From positions 372,001-436,000 of the forward strand of contig CAIWCD010000013.1 in assembly GCA_903911145.1 (NCBI GenBank): a stretch of 64,000 nucleotides of DNA, read 5' to 3'. Every line of letters starts with the position of its first letter. Positions within the stretch are counted from its first letter, which is position 1. The notes under the pieces were generated by a model. The model saw only the letters and a program-made list of their open reading frames with translations, did no database searches and was not told where the DNA came from. Of this stretch, positions 26,105 to 36,145 are shown in pieces. The position numbers and the translations under genes are program-made. This DNA comes from an uncultured delta proteobacterium (lineage in GTDB: Bacteria > Myxococcota > Myxococcia > Myxococcales > 40CM-4-68-19).

Positions 26105-28419
26105 GGCTGCGGCTCCAACCCACTCGCAAGAGGATCGGCGGGCGGCTCATCTCCGATCGGCGCGCTCTGCTCGTCGGTCCACTGGCGCGCACGGATCTGC
26201 CGAACCACCATGCCGCGCAGGAGCAACGCGAGGCCGAGCACGCCGAGGAACAGACACGGCACGAGGATGAGCGCGTGGTTGGAGAGAAACCAACGCAGCG
26301 AAGAGAAGCGGTGGAGCTGCGTCGTGCCGTAGCGCTCGCCGATCTCGAAGAGTCCGCGCTGGCCACCGAGGAGCACGAGCAGGTCTCCGCTCTCACGCGC
26401 GCTCTGCGCCGGACCTGAGAACGCGGCGAAGGCGGGCAACTCTGCAGAGGTCGACGCCGTGATCGCGACGACGCTGCGCCGGGCATTGAGCGGAGATTCG
26501 AAGCCGACGACATCCACCAATCGCGACGCACCGCTCGCCATCAGACTGAGCCGCTCAAGCTCCTCGTGGCCGCGGCGACCCGCGAGCAGATCGAGCAGGG
26601 GGTGAAGCGTGCTCGGGGTCTGGACATGGGCCGGCCCGTTCCCCGAGAGGAGCGGGAGACGGTCGCGCCAGCGCTGCAGCAGCGAATTGTTCTCGAGCGC
26701 GCCGATGACAAGCAGATCCTTCGGAGCCTGCTCCGGCGCGAGCGCCTCTGCGGCCGTGAGCAGCGAGGGGCGCGCGACCACGCCTGTCACGGTCGCGAGG
26801 TGATCGAGCGTGGAGAGGAGCGTCGAGATCTCCTCGCTGCGCGGGACATCGGAGAGCACCACGGCGGTCTCCGAGAGATCGGGCAGCCGCGTGAACGGAA
26901 AGCCGTCGTTGACGAACAGGCGCAGGTCCGGCTGCGGAGCGAAACGAGTGAACGGCCCGAGACGCATCGTCGAGTCGGCGAGGATCTGCACGCGGAACTC
27001 ATTTGTCTCTCCGCTGCGGCAGAGCGCCTCTGCTGCCGAATAGTTGACGAAGACAACCAATTCGTTGAACCCGTGAAGCACGGTGCGGTGCACGCGCAGA
27101 CGCAGGCGCCGATTGTTCTCGCCCCGCGCGGGATCGAGCGGCGGCAGCGTGGTGAGGAAGACTCCGTTGAGCTGAAGGTCGAGCCGTGGCGCAGGTGTTC
27201 CGGGCGGCAACGTGATCGCGTAACCGAGATCGAGGTCGATGAACTCATTCGGCCAGACCCAGAGATCGGGAGGGAGTCGGAACCCGAGCGCGATCTTGCC
27301 ACCCGTCATCCCGACGTGCGTCAACTGCTCGGGAGAGAACGCGTGCGCGAAGGGAATTTCGCGGTCAGCGACCATCCAACGAGGCGAGGAATACGGCGCG
27401 TAGACCCGCGGCATCGGTGCCTCGACAACCTCCGCGCGAGCGCCATGGAAGCGGCCCGCAGAGCCATCGACGAGCGTCTCGACTGCGCGTCGAAGCTCTT
27501 CAGCATCCCGGCCAGAGAGCACCAGCAGCTTGACGTTGCCGCCCGGATGGCGGGGATGATCGAGCATCTCGATCGCCGGCCCCGTCGGCGCGGCGAGGCC
27601 CAGCGCGGCGGCGCTCTCGGCGCTGTCGATGAGCACGACCGTGCTCGCGTCCGGGAGCGAGCCCTCACTGACGGGAAAGCGCGCTTCAGCACCAGCGTCG
27701 ATGCCGAACCACGAGGCGATCATCCCCGCGAGCCGCACGGTCGCGAGCGAAGGCTGCGACGCGAACGCGACGTGAATCACCGCATCGCGATCGAAGGCGC
27801 GATCAACGAACGGCAGCGGCAAGAGCGAGAGTTCATCGGGCAGCGGCAACGGCGCGGCTTCGAGGACGAGTTCGCCGTCTCGCAGGACATTCCAGGCGTC
27901 GGAAAGAACGCGGCCGCACGTCGGCGGGCGGTCCATCGCCAGCGCGAACGTCAGCGTGTTCTTGTCGCCGAGCGCCTTCGGATCGATCGACACGCTCGCC
28001 GTCGCGGTCGGGTGGCCGCGCAGATCGGCGTGGATCGCGTCCGGCCCGAGCGAGGCCATCTTCTCCTGGTTCACCAGCACGTCGAGGCCACGAACCCCCC
28101 AGGCTGGATCGATGCGATCAGCGAAGCGCAACTGCAGCGTCGCCGCGGTGAAGACCTGATCACCACGCGTCGCGAAGGGAAACGAGAGCGTCGGCTGCGT
28201 ATTGAACCGCTGCGCATCGGCGAGGCCGAGTTCCGCCAGCGAGATGTGCACGCGGCCCTGCTCGTCCGTGCGCGCGCGCCCTTCTCCGTGTCGCTGCTCG
28301 ACCGCTTCGCGCGGCGCTTCCCGGCATCCGGCGAGCGCAAGCAGCGCGCAGGCGAGCACCGACGGAAGCATGCGGCGAGACGCCAACCCGGCATGTGACA
28401 CTGTTACACCAAGTGTCAC
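26101..28419 (-). CDS. bcsB: Cellulose synthase co-polymerase subunit BcsB
   Basis: LSLLPLPFVD, ASWFG, FRLPPDL, PDLRLFVNDGFPFTRLPDLSETAVV, FESPL, C-terminal TM anchor. Start GTG 28419 (overlaps bcsA stop) or ATG 28371. Confidence 0.9.
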   Translation of the reverse strand: MTLGVTVSHAGLASRRMLPSVLACALLALAGCREAPREAVEQRHGEGRARTDEQGRVHISLAELGLADAQRFNTQPTLSFPFATRGDQVFTAATLQLRFADRIDPAWGVRGLDVLVNQEKMASLGPDAIHADLRGHPTATASVSIDPKALGDKNTLTFALAMDRPPTCGRVLSDAWNVLRDGELVLEAAPLPLPDELSLLPLPFVDRAFDRDAVIHVAFASQPSLATVRLAGMIASWFGIDAGAEARFPVSEGSLPDASTVVLIDSAESAAALGLAAPTGPAIEMLDHPRHPGGNVKLLVLSGRDAEELRRAVETLVDGSAGRFHGARAEVVEAPMPRVYAPYSSPRWMVADREIPFAHAFSPEQLTHVGMTGGKIALGFRLPPDLWVWPNEFIDLDLGYAITLPPGTPAPRLDLQLNGVFLTTLPPLDPARGENNRRLRLRVHRTVLHGFNELVVFVNYSAAEALCRSGETNEFRVQILADSTMRLGPFTRFAPQPDLRLFVNDGFPFTRLPDLSETAVVLSDVPRSEEISTLLSTLDHLATVTGVVARPSLLTAAEALAPEQAPKDLLVIGALENNSLLQRWRDRLPLLSGNGPAHVQTPSTLHPLLDLLAGRRGHEELERLSLMASGASRLVDVVGFESPLNARRSVVAITASTSAELPAFAAFSGPAQSARESGDLLVLLGGQRGLFEIGERYGTTQLHRFSSLRWFLSNHALILVPCLFLGVLGLALLLRGMVVRQIRARQWTDEQSAPIGDEPPADPLASGLEPQP

Positions 28420-30638
28420 AATGTCCCTCGCGGCGCATCTGGCGGGCGTGGAGTCGATGCGGCTGGCGGAGGCACAGAGCTGGGCGGCGGGGCAGGAGTC
28501 GCAGTTGCGGCGCCAGCGCTGCGTGCAGGACGCGCCCGGACCATCTGCCGCACGTTGCTCAGACCGCGCATCGTGATCGAGTGGAACGCGCTGATCGGAT
28601 GATCGTGCGCGCGCCCGTCGGTCCAGCGCACCCAGGCATCCGCGCGAGAGAAGATCGTCTGCGCGAGCACGGCCTCCTCCTCGAGCGAGAGCGCGAGAAA
28701 TCGCAACCGCAGCACGTTCCCGCGGCAATCAACCACCTCGGCCGGCAGCGGCAGCTCATCGGCTGCGGTGAAGATCGAGACGCTCATCCGCTCCTTCGGC
28801 GTGAACTCCCGCCCCGCCGGAACCGTGAGCGAAAGGCCGCCGCGTGCCAGATCGATCGTCTTGCAACGCATCGTGCGTCCGCCCTGCAGCGCGAGCATCG
28901 CGGGCAACTGCGCGTTCACGCGCGGGCTGTCGCGCACCTGCCGCTGCTCCCACGCCACCGCCACCGTCGCGCAGAGGATCACCAGATTGTACGCACTCCA
29001 CCCGAGCGTCAGCGCGAGCACGTCAGGCTCGGCCTCGCCGTGAAGGTAGTGGACGACGCCGATGATCATGCTGATCAGATTGAGCGCAGCGATGACGAGA
29101 TAGGGACCGGCGATCTTCATCTCGAAGTAGGGGTCGGTGATCCGCCCGCCCTTGGCCGTCACGTTGAACTTCCCGCGACGCGGCGCGATCAGTGCGACCG
29201 TGGTGGGAATCAGAATGTAGAACGCCAGACACGTCTCGTAGACTTCGTTCCAGAACGAGTGGCGCACGGCTCCGGCGACGCGCGAGTTGGTCAGCACCGA
29301 ATGCGCAAGGTGAGGCAGCGCATAGGCGAGCGCCATCAAGGGAAGCGCGTTGTAGATGTGCAGCCCGAAGAGCGGATAGCTGATGGGCGCGATGAGGAAG
29401 ATGATCCGTGGCAGGCCGTAGAAGAAGTGGAGCATCGCGGCGGCGTAGGAGACGCGCTGCATGATGGTGAGGCCGCGGCCGAAGAGCGGGTTGTCGAGGC
29501 GGAAGATCTGCGCCATCCCGCGCGACCAGCGGATGCGCTGCCCGACATGCGCGGCGAGGCTCTCGGTGGCGAGGCCCGACGCCTGCGGGATGCTCAGGAA
29601 GGCGCTGTTCCATCCCTTGCGGTGCATCTTGAGCGCGGTGTGCGCGTCCTCGGTGACCGTCTCGATGGCGATCCCGCCGACCTCCTCGAGCGCGGCCCGC
29701 TTGATCACCGCGCACGAGCCGCAGAAGAAGCTCGCGTTCCAGAGATCGATGCTCGGCTGGATGAGACCGTAGAAGAGCTCGCCCTCGCTCGGCAGCTTCT
29801 TGAAGAGGCCGAGGTTCCGCTCGAACGGATCGGGCGAATAGAAATGGTGCGGCGTCTGCACCAGCGCCATCCGCGGGTCCTTGAGGAACCAGCCCATGCA
29901 GACTTGGAGGAACGAGCGGGTCGGCACGTGATCGCAGTCGAAGATCGCGATGTAGTCGCCGCGCGTCTTGGTGAGCGCGTGGTTGAGATTGCCTGCCTTG
30001 GCGTGCGCGTTGTCGGAGCGCACGATGTAGCCGATACCAGCCGCGGCCGCGAACGACTGGAAGGCGCCGCGGCGTCCGTCGTCGAGGAGGAAGATGCGCA
30101 GCTTCTCGGCGGGCCAGTCGAGCGCCTTCGCTGCGAGCACGGTCGTGCGCACCACCTCGAGCGGCTCGCTGTAGGTCGGGATGAAGACGTCCACAGTCGG
30201 CCAGCTTGCGACGTCGGCGGGAAGCGGCTGCGGCTTGCGAGGGAAGCGGCCGAGCAACTGCAGGTACCCGAGCAGAAGCATCGCGTAGGCGTAGAGCTCG
30301 GCGCCAAAGAGGACGTAGCCGAGACCGGACTCGAGCGTGCGCTCTGGGAGCAGTGTCGCGGTCAATCGCCAGAAGAGGTAGCGCGTCGAGACCGTGAGCG
30401 AGACGAGGACCAGCGCGAGCGTGACGACACTGCCCTCGCTCGACCAGCCGAGCAGCAGCGCGGCCGCGAAGACGCCTGCGCCGAGGAGGATCTGCGCGCG
30501 CAGATCGAGAGGAGTGACGACGACGAGCAAAAGGCAGGCGACGCCAGCAAGCGCGAGCAGGACCCAGCCGAGACGAGCGAGCGCGGCGAGAACTCCGCGC
30601 CTCGCGGGCGCGGTGCGGGCGGGCGATTGCGAGGACAA
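28416..30638 (-). CDS. bcsA: Cellulose synthase catalytic subunit BcsA (GT2 + PilZ)
   Basis: PTVDVFIPTYSE, DDG, HAKAGNLN, FDCDH, QTPHHFYSPDPF, FFCGS, TED, QRIRW, FNVTAKG; PilZ RDSPR and DLARGG. TTG start inferred. Confidence 0.96.
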   Translation of the reverse strand: MSSQSPARTAPARRGVLAALARLGWVLLALAGVACLLLVVVTPLDLRAQILLGAGVFAAALLLGWSSEGSVVTLALVLVSLTVSTRYLFWRLTATLLPERTLESGLGYVLFGAELYAYAMLLLGYLQLLGRFPRKPQPLPADVASWPTVDVFIPTYSEPLEVVRTTVLAAKALDWPAEKLRIFLLDDGRRGAFQSFAAAAGIGYIVRSDNAHAKAGNLNHALTKTRGDYIAIFDCDHVPTRSFLQVCMGWFLKDPRMALVQTPHHFYSPDPFERNLGLFKKLPSEGELFYGLIQPSIDLWNASFFCGSCAVIKRAALEEVGGIAIETVTEDAHTALKMHRKGWNSAFLSIPQASGLATESLAAHVGQRIRWSRGMAQIFRLDNPLFGRGLTIMQRVSYAAAMLHFFYGLPRIIFLIAPISYPLFGLHIYNALPLMALAYALPHLAHSVLTNSRVAGAVRHSFWNEVYETCLAFYILIPTTVALIAPRRGKFNVTAKGGRITDPYFEMKIAGPYLVIAALNLISMIIGVVHYLHGEAEPDVLALTLGWSAYNLVILCATVAVAWEQRQVRDSPRVNAQLPAMLALQGGRTMRCKTIDLARGGLSLTVPAGREFTPKERMSVSIFTAADELPLPAEVVDCRGNVLRLRFLALSLEEEAVLAQTIFSRADAWVRWTDGRAHDHPISAFHSITMRGLSNVRQMVRARPARSAGAATATPAPPPSSVPPPAASTPRPPDAPRGTL

Positions 30639-30641
30639 GCG

Positions 30642-31652
30642 CTACCTCGACCCGACGGAGACGAGGGGAAGCGGCGAGGCCTTGCGCATCTCGGCGGCGG
30701 TGACTTCGACCCACTCGGCGAGAGCGGAGAGTTCAGCGACGACCTGCGACTCGGGGCCTTCGCGCACGACCAGGCGGCGGCGCGCGAGAGACTCGGAGAC
30801 GACCTCATCGGCGTGGATTGCGCGGGCGAACGTACGCTCGGGGATCACGCCTCGCAACGACGAGAGCACATCCCGATCGAGAGCACGGCGCGCGTCGAAC
30901 TTGTTGACCAGATAGCGCGCGCGACGGCGCCCCTGGCCGCCCGGAACCCACTCGTCAAGCAGAGCTTCGGTCGCTGGCAGTGTGGCATAGCCGGCCGCAT
31001 CGGGGCCGAGCACCACCAGCACCGTGTCAGCGAGCGTGAGCGCCTGCTTGAGCCACGGCGACGCGCGCGCGGGAGTATCGAGGACGAGAAACTCCGTCTC
31101 GTTGGGTACGAACGCCGCGAGACGCTTCTGCAGCCACTGCGGCTCGCGCGCCGACGCCGCCTCGAGACCCGCGATCTGCGCGCCAGTCAGCGGGCCGAAG
31201 GGGAGTACAGCAGCAGCGCTGCGAAACCGCGCGAGCCAGAGAGCGACTTCTTGAGGCGCGAGGTTCGCGGAGAAGAGGCCGAACGATTCACCACCCTCGA
31301 GTCCGAAATGGAGGCCGAGTGCGTTCTGCGGATCGAGGTCGGCGGCGACCACCGCGCGACCATTCTGCCCGAGCGTCGCCGCAAGATTCGCCGCGATGGT
31401 GCTGCGTCCCGTGCCGCCAGCGAGCGAAACCACCGCGATGGTCGTGCAGCGCCCGGTTCGCGAGCGCTGTGTCGTCTCGCGCGGGATCTGGACCTGCCGC
31501 CGTTCCTGAATGAGTCGGTTGGTCTGGGCCAGGATCGGCCACCGCTGCGCCGCCGCCTGCCAGCGCTCACCCGCCGCGACTTCGCGATACTCGAGCTCGG
31601 GCGAGCCGATCGACTCGAAGAGCTTGCGAACGTCATCGTTCATGGTCGGCAC
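30642..31652 (-). CDS. bcsQ: BcsR/BcsP-like N-terminal segment fused to BcsQ (MinD/ParA-like ATPase)
   Basis: N-terminal NDDVRKLF...YREV...AAAQRWPILA (BcsR-type RWPLL motif), then SLAGGTGRSTIAANL, DLDPQNALGLHFG, LPFG, LDTP, IHADEVVSESLA. Start 31652 or 31643. Confidence 0.9.
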   Translation of the reverse strand: MPTMNDDVRKLFESIGSPELEYREVAAGERWQAAAQRWPILAQTNRLIQERRQVQIPRETTQRSRTGRCTTIAVVSLAGGTGRSTIAANLAATLGQNGRAVVAADLDPQNALGLHFGLEGGESFGLFSANLAPQEVALWLARFRSAAAVLPFGPLTGAQIAGLEAASAREPQWLQKRLAAFVPNETEFLVLDTPARASPWLKQALTLADTVLVVLGPDAAGYATLPATEALLDEWVPGGQGRRRARYLVNKFDARRALDRDVLSSLRGVIPERTFARAIHADEVVSESLARRRLVVREGPESQVVAELSALAEWVEVTAAEMRKASPLPLVSVGSR

Positions 31653-31700
31653 CGCGTGGCTCCGGTCGGTTCACTTCGGTCGAGATTCACCGAGGGGCGG

Positions 31701-31841
31701 CTATGTAGGTGTTCGAGAAGTTGAAAGTCAACCGGCCACCCACCGGCGGCGGCAGGGGGAATGGGACTTTCCCTGATGCGCACGCACTCTCTCGAGGGGA
31801 ACGGGCTGCCGTACGCCATTGAATATCGATCAGACTTTCCC
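31701..31841 (-). promoter_or_regulatory. Candidate bcs promoter region with repeated GACTTTC motif
   Basis: Minus strand has TTGACT-N18-TACATA; GACTTTCCC occurs at 31765-31773 and 31833-31841, with an inverted core copy (GAAAGTC) at 31723-31729. Confidence 0.3.
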
Positions 31842-31942
31842 GTTCCGTCGATCGACCGACCGCGCCCCAAACGTCGAGAGCGCCGGCGACCAGACTGGCC
31901 GCGGGCGCTCCCGGGAACATCACGCTGCTGGCCGAACTGGAA

Positions 31943-32587
31943 CTACTTGACCGCCGGCTTGATGGTGAGCATGCCCTTTCGGTGGCCGGGAACCGCGCCG
32001 CCGACGAGGAGCAGGTTGCTCTCGGCGATGACGTCGATGACCGCGAGGTTCTGGATGGTGCGCGTGTCGGTACCCATGTGGCCCGGCAGGCGCTTGTTGC
32101 GGAAGACGCGACCTGGCGTCTTGCGCTGTCCGACGGCTCCGATGTGGCGGTGGAGCTCGTGGGCCGTCGACGAGTCGCGCGCGGCGCCCTTCATGTGGTG
32201 CCGCTTGAAGACGCCCGCGAAGCCGAAGCCGCGCGACACGCCGGTCACGTCGACCTTCTCGCCCTTCTTGAACATCTCGACCGTGATCTGGCTGCCGACC
32301 GCGTGCGCGCTGACTTCGTGCGTGTCGACGCGGAACTCGCGGATGACCTTGTGCGCCTTCTGGCCGCGCTTCTTGTAATCACCGAGCAGCGGCTTGGTGG
32401 CGCGCTTCTCGCCCTTCTCGCCCATCTCGAACGCGGCGAGCTGGAGAGCCGAGTAGCCGTCCTTCTCCGGCGTGCGATGCCCGAAGACCGTGTTGGGCTG
32501 AATCTCGATGATGGTGACCGGGTAGGCGTTGCCGTCTTCGCCGAACACCGTGGTCATGCCGACCTTCTTACCGATGAGACCCTTCAT
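31943..32587 (-). CDS. rplC: 50S ribosomal protein L3 (stand-alone)
   Basis: MKGLIGKKVGMT, DGYSALQL, VDVTGVSRGFGFAGVFKRH, PGRVFRNKRLPGHMG, GAVPG; AAGGAG RBS. Confidence 0.96.
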   Translation of the reverse strand: MKGLIGKKVGMTTVFGEDGNAYPVTIIEIQPNTVFGHRTPEKDGYSALQLAAFEMGEKGEKRATKPLLGDYKKRGQKAHKVIREFRVDTHEVSAHAVGSQITVEMFKKGEKVDVTGVSRGFGFAGVFKRHHMKGAARDSSTAHELHRHIGAVGQRKTPGRVFRNKRLPGHMGTDTRTIQNLAVIDVIAESNLLLVGGAVPGHRKGMLTIKPAVK

Positions 32588-32746
32588 TGCGTACTCCTTC
32601 GCTCTGCCTCTCGCTGGATGCGCCATCGCGGCATGCTGCTTGCCGGAGGATGAGGGTCGTTGGACCCAGAGGTGTTGCTGCCTCGGTTTTTCGAGGGACG
32701 CGGCGTCTAGCACAAGGGCGACGCCGAGGCAAGCACCGAGCCTGTC

Positions 32747-33016
32747 CTATTTCTTGCGCGACGGGCGCAACGAAGACGCGATGAACATTCCGAGTGCACC
32801 GCCCGCGAACGTACCGATGAGCGCGCCGGCCAGGAAACCGAGTAACCCAAGAAAGCCACCAACGCCGGCAGTCAGCACCGCGCTCCCCACGTTGCCCATG
32901 CGGTCCGCAGACGAGAAGACATCGCCAGCACCCGAGCCACCGGCGCCGACGATGCCGCCGATCCCGCACCCGCCGATTGCACAGAGTGGAGTCAACAACC
33001 AACCCCAGCTCTTCAT
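32747..33016 (-). CDS. Small Gly-rich membrane protein (glycine-zipper-like)
   Basis: 89 aa with GxxxG-rich hydrophobic segments and basic C-terminus; co-directional with eno and rplC. Confidence 0.6.
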   Translation of the reverse strand: MKSWGWLLTPLCAIGGCGIGGIVGAGGSGAGDVFSSADRMGNVGSAVLTAGVGGFLGLLGFLAGALIGTFAGGALGMFIASSLRPSRKK

Positions 33017-33107
33017 GCGGCACCCGCGCCCAGCGTCACGACGGACGAGCTCTTCTCGCCGACGCGAACTGAGAGAGGAGGAGTCATCGTCGGCATTGAG
33101 GAGCGCT

Positions 33108-34484
<1,377 letters not shown>

Positions 34485-34579
34485 CTATCACGCGACGTCG
34501 CCGCGTGCAACTTAGTGTGCATTTTACACTATCTTCGTGTCGTTCGGACACGAAGCTCGCGGGTTCAGTCCCAGCAAGG

Positions 34580-35014
34580 TCAACGCTGCGTCGGCTCGTC
34601 TCCTGATTCGCTTCCCGGTGACAATCGCGCGACCACGGCGCCGCTCGCGCAACGACCCGCGAGCTCGCCATTCGCATCGTCCGCGTCGGCACAGAATGCA
34701 TCCACCGCCGAATACCAACGGAGCGCGCCGGGCGCCGTTGCTTCCAGCACGCAATCCAGACGAGGCCCTGCCCCGCTCCCCGTCAACTCGAACGCACCGG
34801 CGTGGTCCGCCTGCGTCGCCCGATCCAGCTCGCCCGAGCACCGCAGCACGATCGTCGCGAACGGCACTGCGCCCAGCGCGGGGCTCGACTCCTCCGCATC
34901 GACCGAGGCCGCGGGAATACGCACCACGTGGCCGCGCAGACTCCAGTCGGCCTGGCACCCCTCGAACGCGACCAGCGCGGCGAGGCCCATTCCGATGGAA
35001 TTTGCTCGGCCCAT
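34580..35014 (-). CDS. Hypothetical secreted protein or lipoprotein
   Basis: GGGAG RBS before ATG; short hydrophobic segment ending AFEGC; several Cys. Confidence 0.5.
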   Translation of the reverse strand: MGRANSIGMGLAALVAFEGCQADWSLRGHVVRIPAASVDAEESSPALGAVPFATIVLRCSGELDRATQADHAGAFELTGSGAGPRLDCVLEATAPGALRWYSAVDAFCADADDANGELAGRCASGAVVARLSPGSESGDEPTQR

Positions 35015-35181
35015 GACTCCCTCTCTGATGCGAATCCTGCGCCAATCACCCAGCGTGCGATGTGCGCCCCGTCACGACGGAGCCATTCGGGCACTGCGGA
35101 CGATGTGCCACGTTGCCGCCGCTGCATCCTCCTGCTAGGAAGCGCCCGTTTCGATTTTCCACTCTGCAAGCGGAGGCATTC

Positions 35182-36030
35182 ATGGCGGGTCTGCTCGAAG
35201 GCAAGGTCGCGATCATCACCGGCGCAGGCGGCGGCATCGGACGGGAGCACGCGCTCCTCTTCGCCAAGGAAGGCGCGAAGGTCGTCGTCAACGATCTCGG
35301 CTCGGATCGCCACGGCGGCGGCAAAGGCGGCGAGCTCGCCGACAAGACCGTGGCCGACATCAAGGCGGCCGGCGGCGAGGCGATCGCGAACTACGACAGC
35401 GTCGCCACGCGCGAGGGCGCGGACGGCCTCGTCTGGAGCGCGGTCAACAAGTTCGGGAAGCTCGACATCCTCGTCAACAACGCGGGCATCCTGCGCGACA
35501 AGACGCTGCTCAACATGAGCGAGCAGGATTTCGATCTCGTCATCGACGTCCACCTGCGCGGCACCTATCTCTGCCTGCAGGCCGCGGCGCGCACGTTCAA
35601 GGTCCAGGGCAAGGGCGGCCGCATCATCAACACGACGTCGCTCTCCGGCCTGCTCGGCAACTTCGGCCAGGGCAACTACTCGGCGGCCAAGGGCGGCATC
35701 TACTCCCTCACGCGCACCAGCTCGATGGAGTTCCAGCGGATGGGCGTCACGGTCAACGCGATCGCGCCCGTGGCCATCACGCGCATGACGCAGGATCTCC
35801 AGATGATGAAGGGCGTGACGCAAGAGCAGATGGGCCCGCAGCACATCGCGCCGGTCGCGGTGTTCCTCGCGTCGGATCTCGCGGGAGACATCACGGGGCA
35901 GATCGTCGGCGTGCATGGCCCGAAGGTGTTCCTCTACAAGATGACCGAGACCGAAGGAGCCACGCACAAGGGCGACTCGACCTGGAGCGCCGCGGAGCTC
36001 AAGGAGCGCTGGGCGGAGATCGCGAAGTAG
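35182..36030 (+). CDS. SDR oxidoreductase (MFE-2 / 3-hydroxyacyl-CoA dehydrogenase-like)
   Basis: GGAGG RBS; TGAGGGIG, VVVNDLG, NNAGILRD, GNFGQGNYSAAK. Confidence 0.92.
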   Translation: MAGLLEGKVAIITGAGGGIGREHALLFAKEGAKVVVNDLGSDRHGGGKGGELADKTVADIKAAGGEAIANYDSVATREGADGLVWSAVNKFGKLDILVNNAGILRDKTLLNMSEQDFDLVIDVHLRGTYLCLQAAARTFKVQGKGGRIINTTSLSGLLGNFGQGNYSAAKGGIYSLTRTSSMEFQRMGVTVNAIAPVAITRMTQDLQMMKGVTQEQMGPQHIAPVAVFLASDLAGDITGQIVGVHGPKVFLYKMTETEGATHKGDSTWSAAELKERWAEIAK

Positions 36031-36057
36031 CGCGCGGGTCGAGACCACTCTCGAGCT

Positions 36058-36104
36058 GAAAAAGCGAAGGGGACCTGGAGCGATCGCTCGAGGTCCCCTC
36101 GTTT
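36058..36104. terminator. Probable intrinsic terminator between convergent genes
   Basis: Stem GGGGACCT (36069-76) / AGGTCCCC (36091-98) with inner GAGCG/CGCTC; A-run on the left gives a U-tract for the minus strand, GTTT on the right. Confidence 0.6.
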
Positions 36105-36145
36105 GCTTCGCGGCACGTCGTCACCGCCGGGTGCAGAGTGCAGCG

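Noticed and set aside
28395..31724. 1109-aa plus-strand ORF (and 21156-23174, 26566-28398)
   Set aside because: Antisense to bcsA/bcsQ/bcsB/bcsC, which carry clear family motifs.
31655..31940. Possible c-di-GMP riboswitch upstream of bcs
   Set aside because: Could not find the GEMM-type conserved elements by eye; an Infernal scan with the Rfam c-di-GMP-I/II models would settle it.
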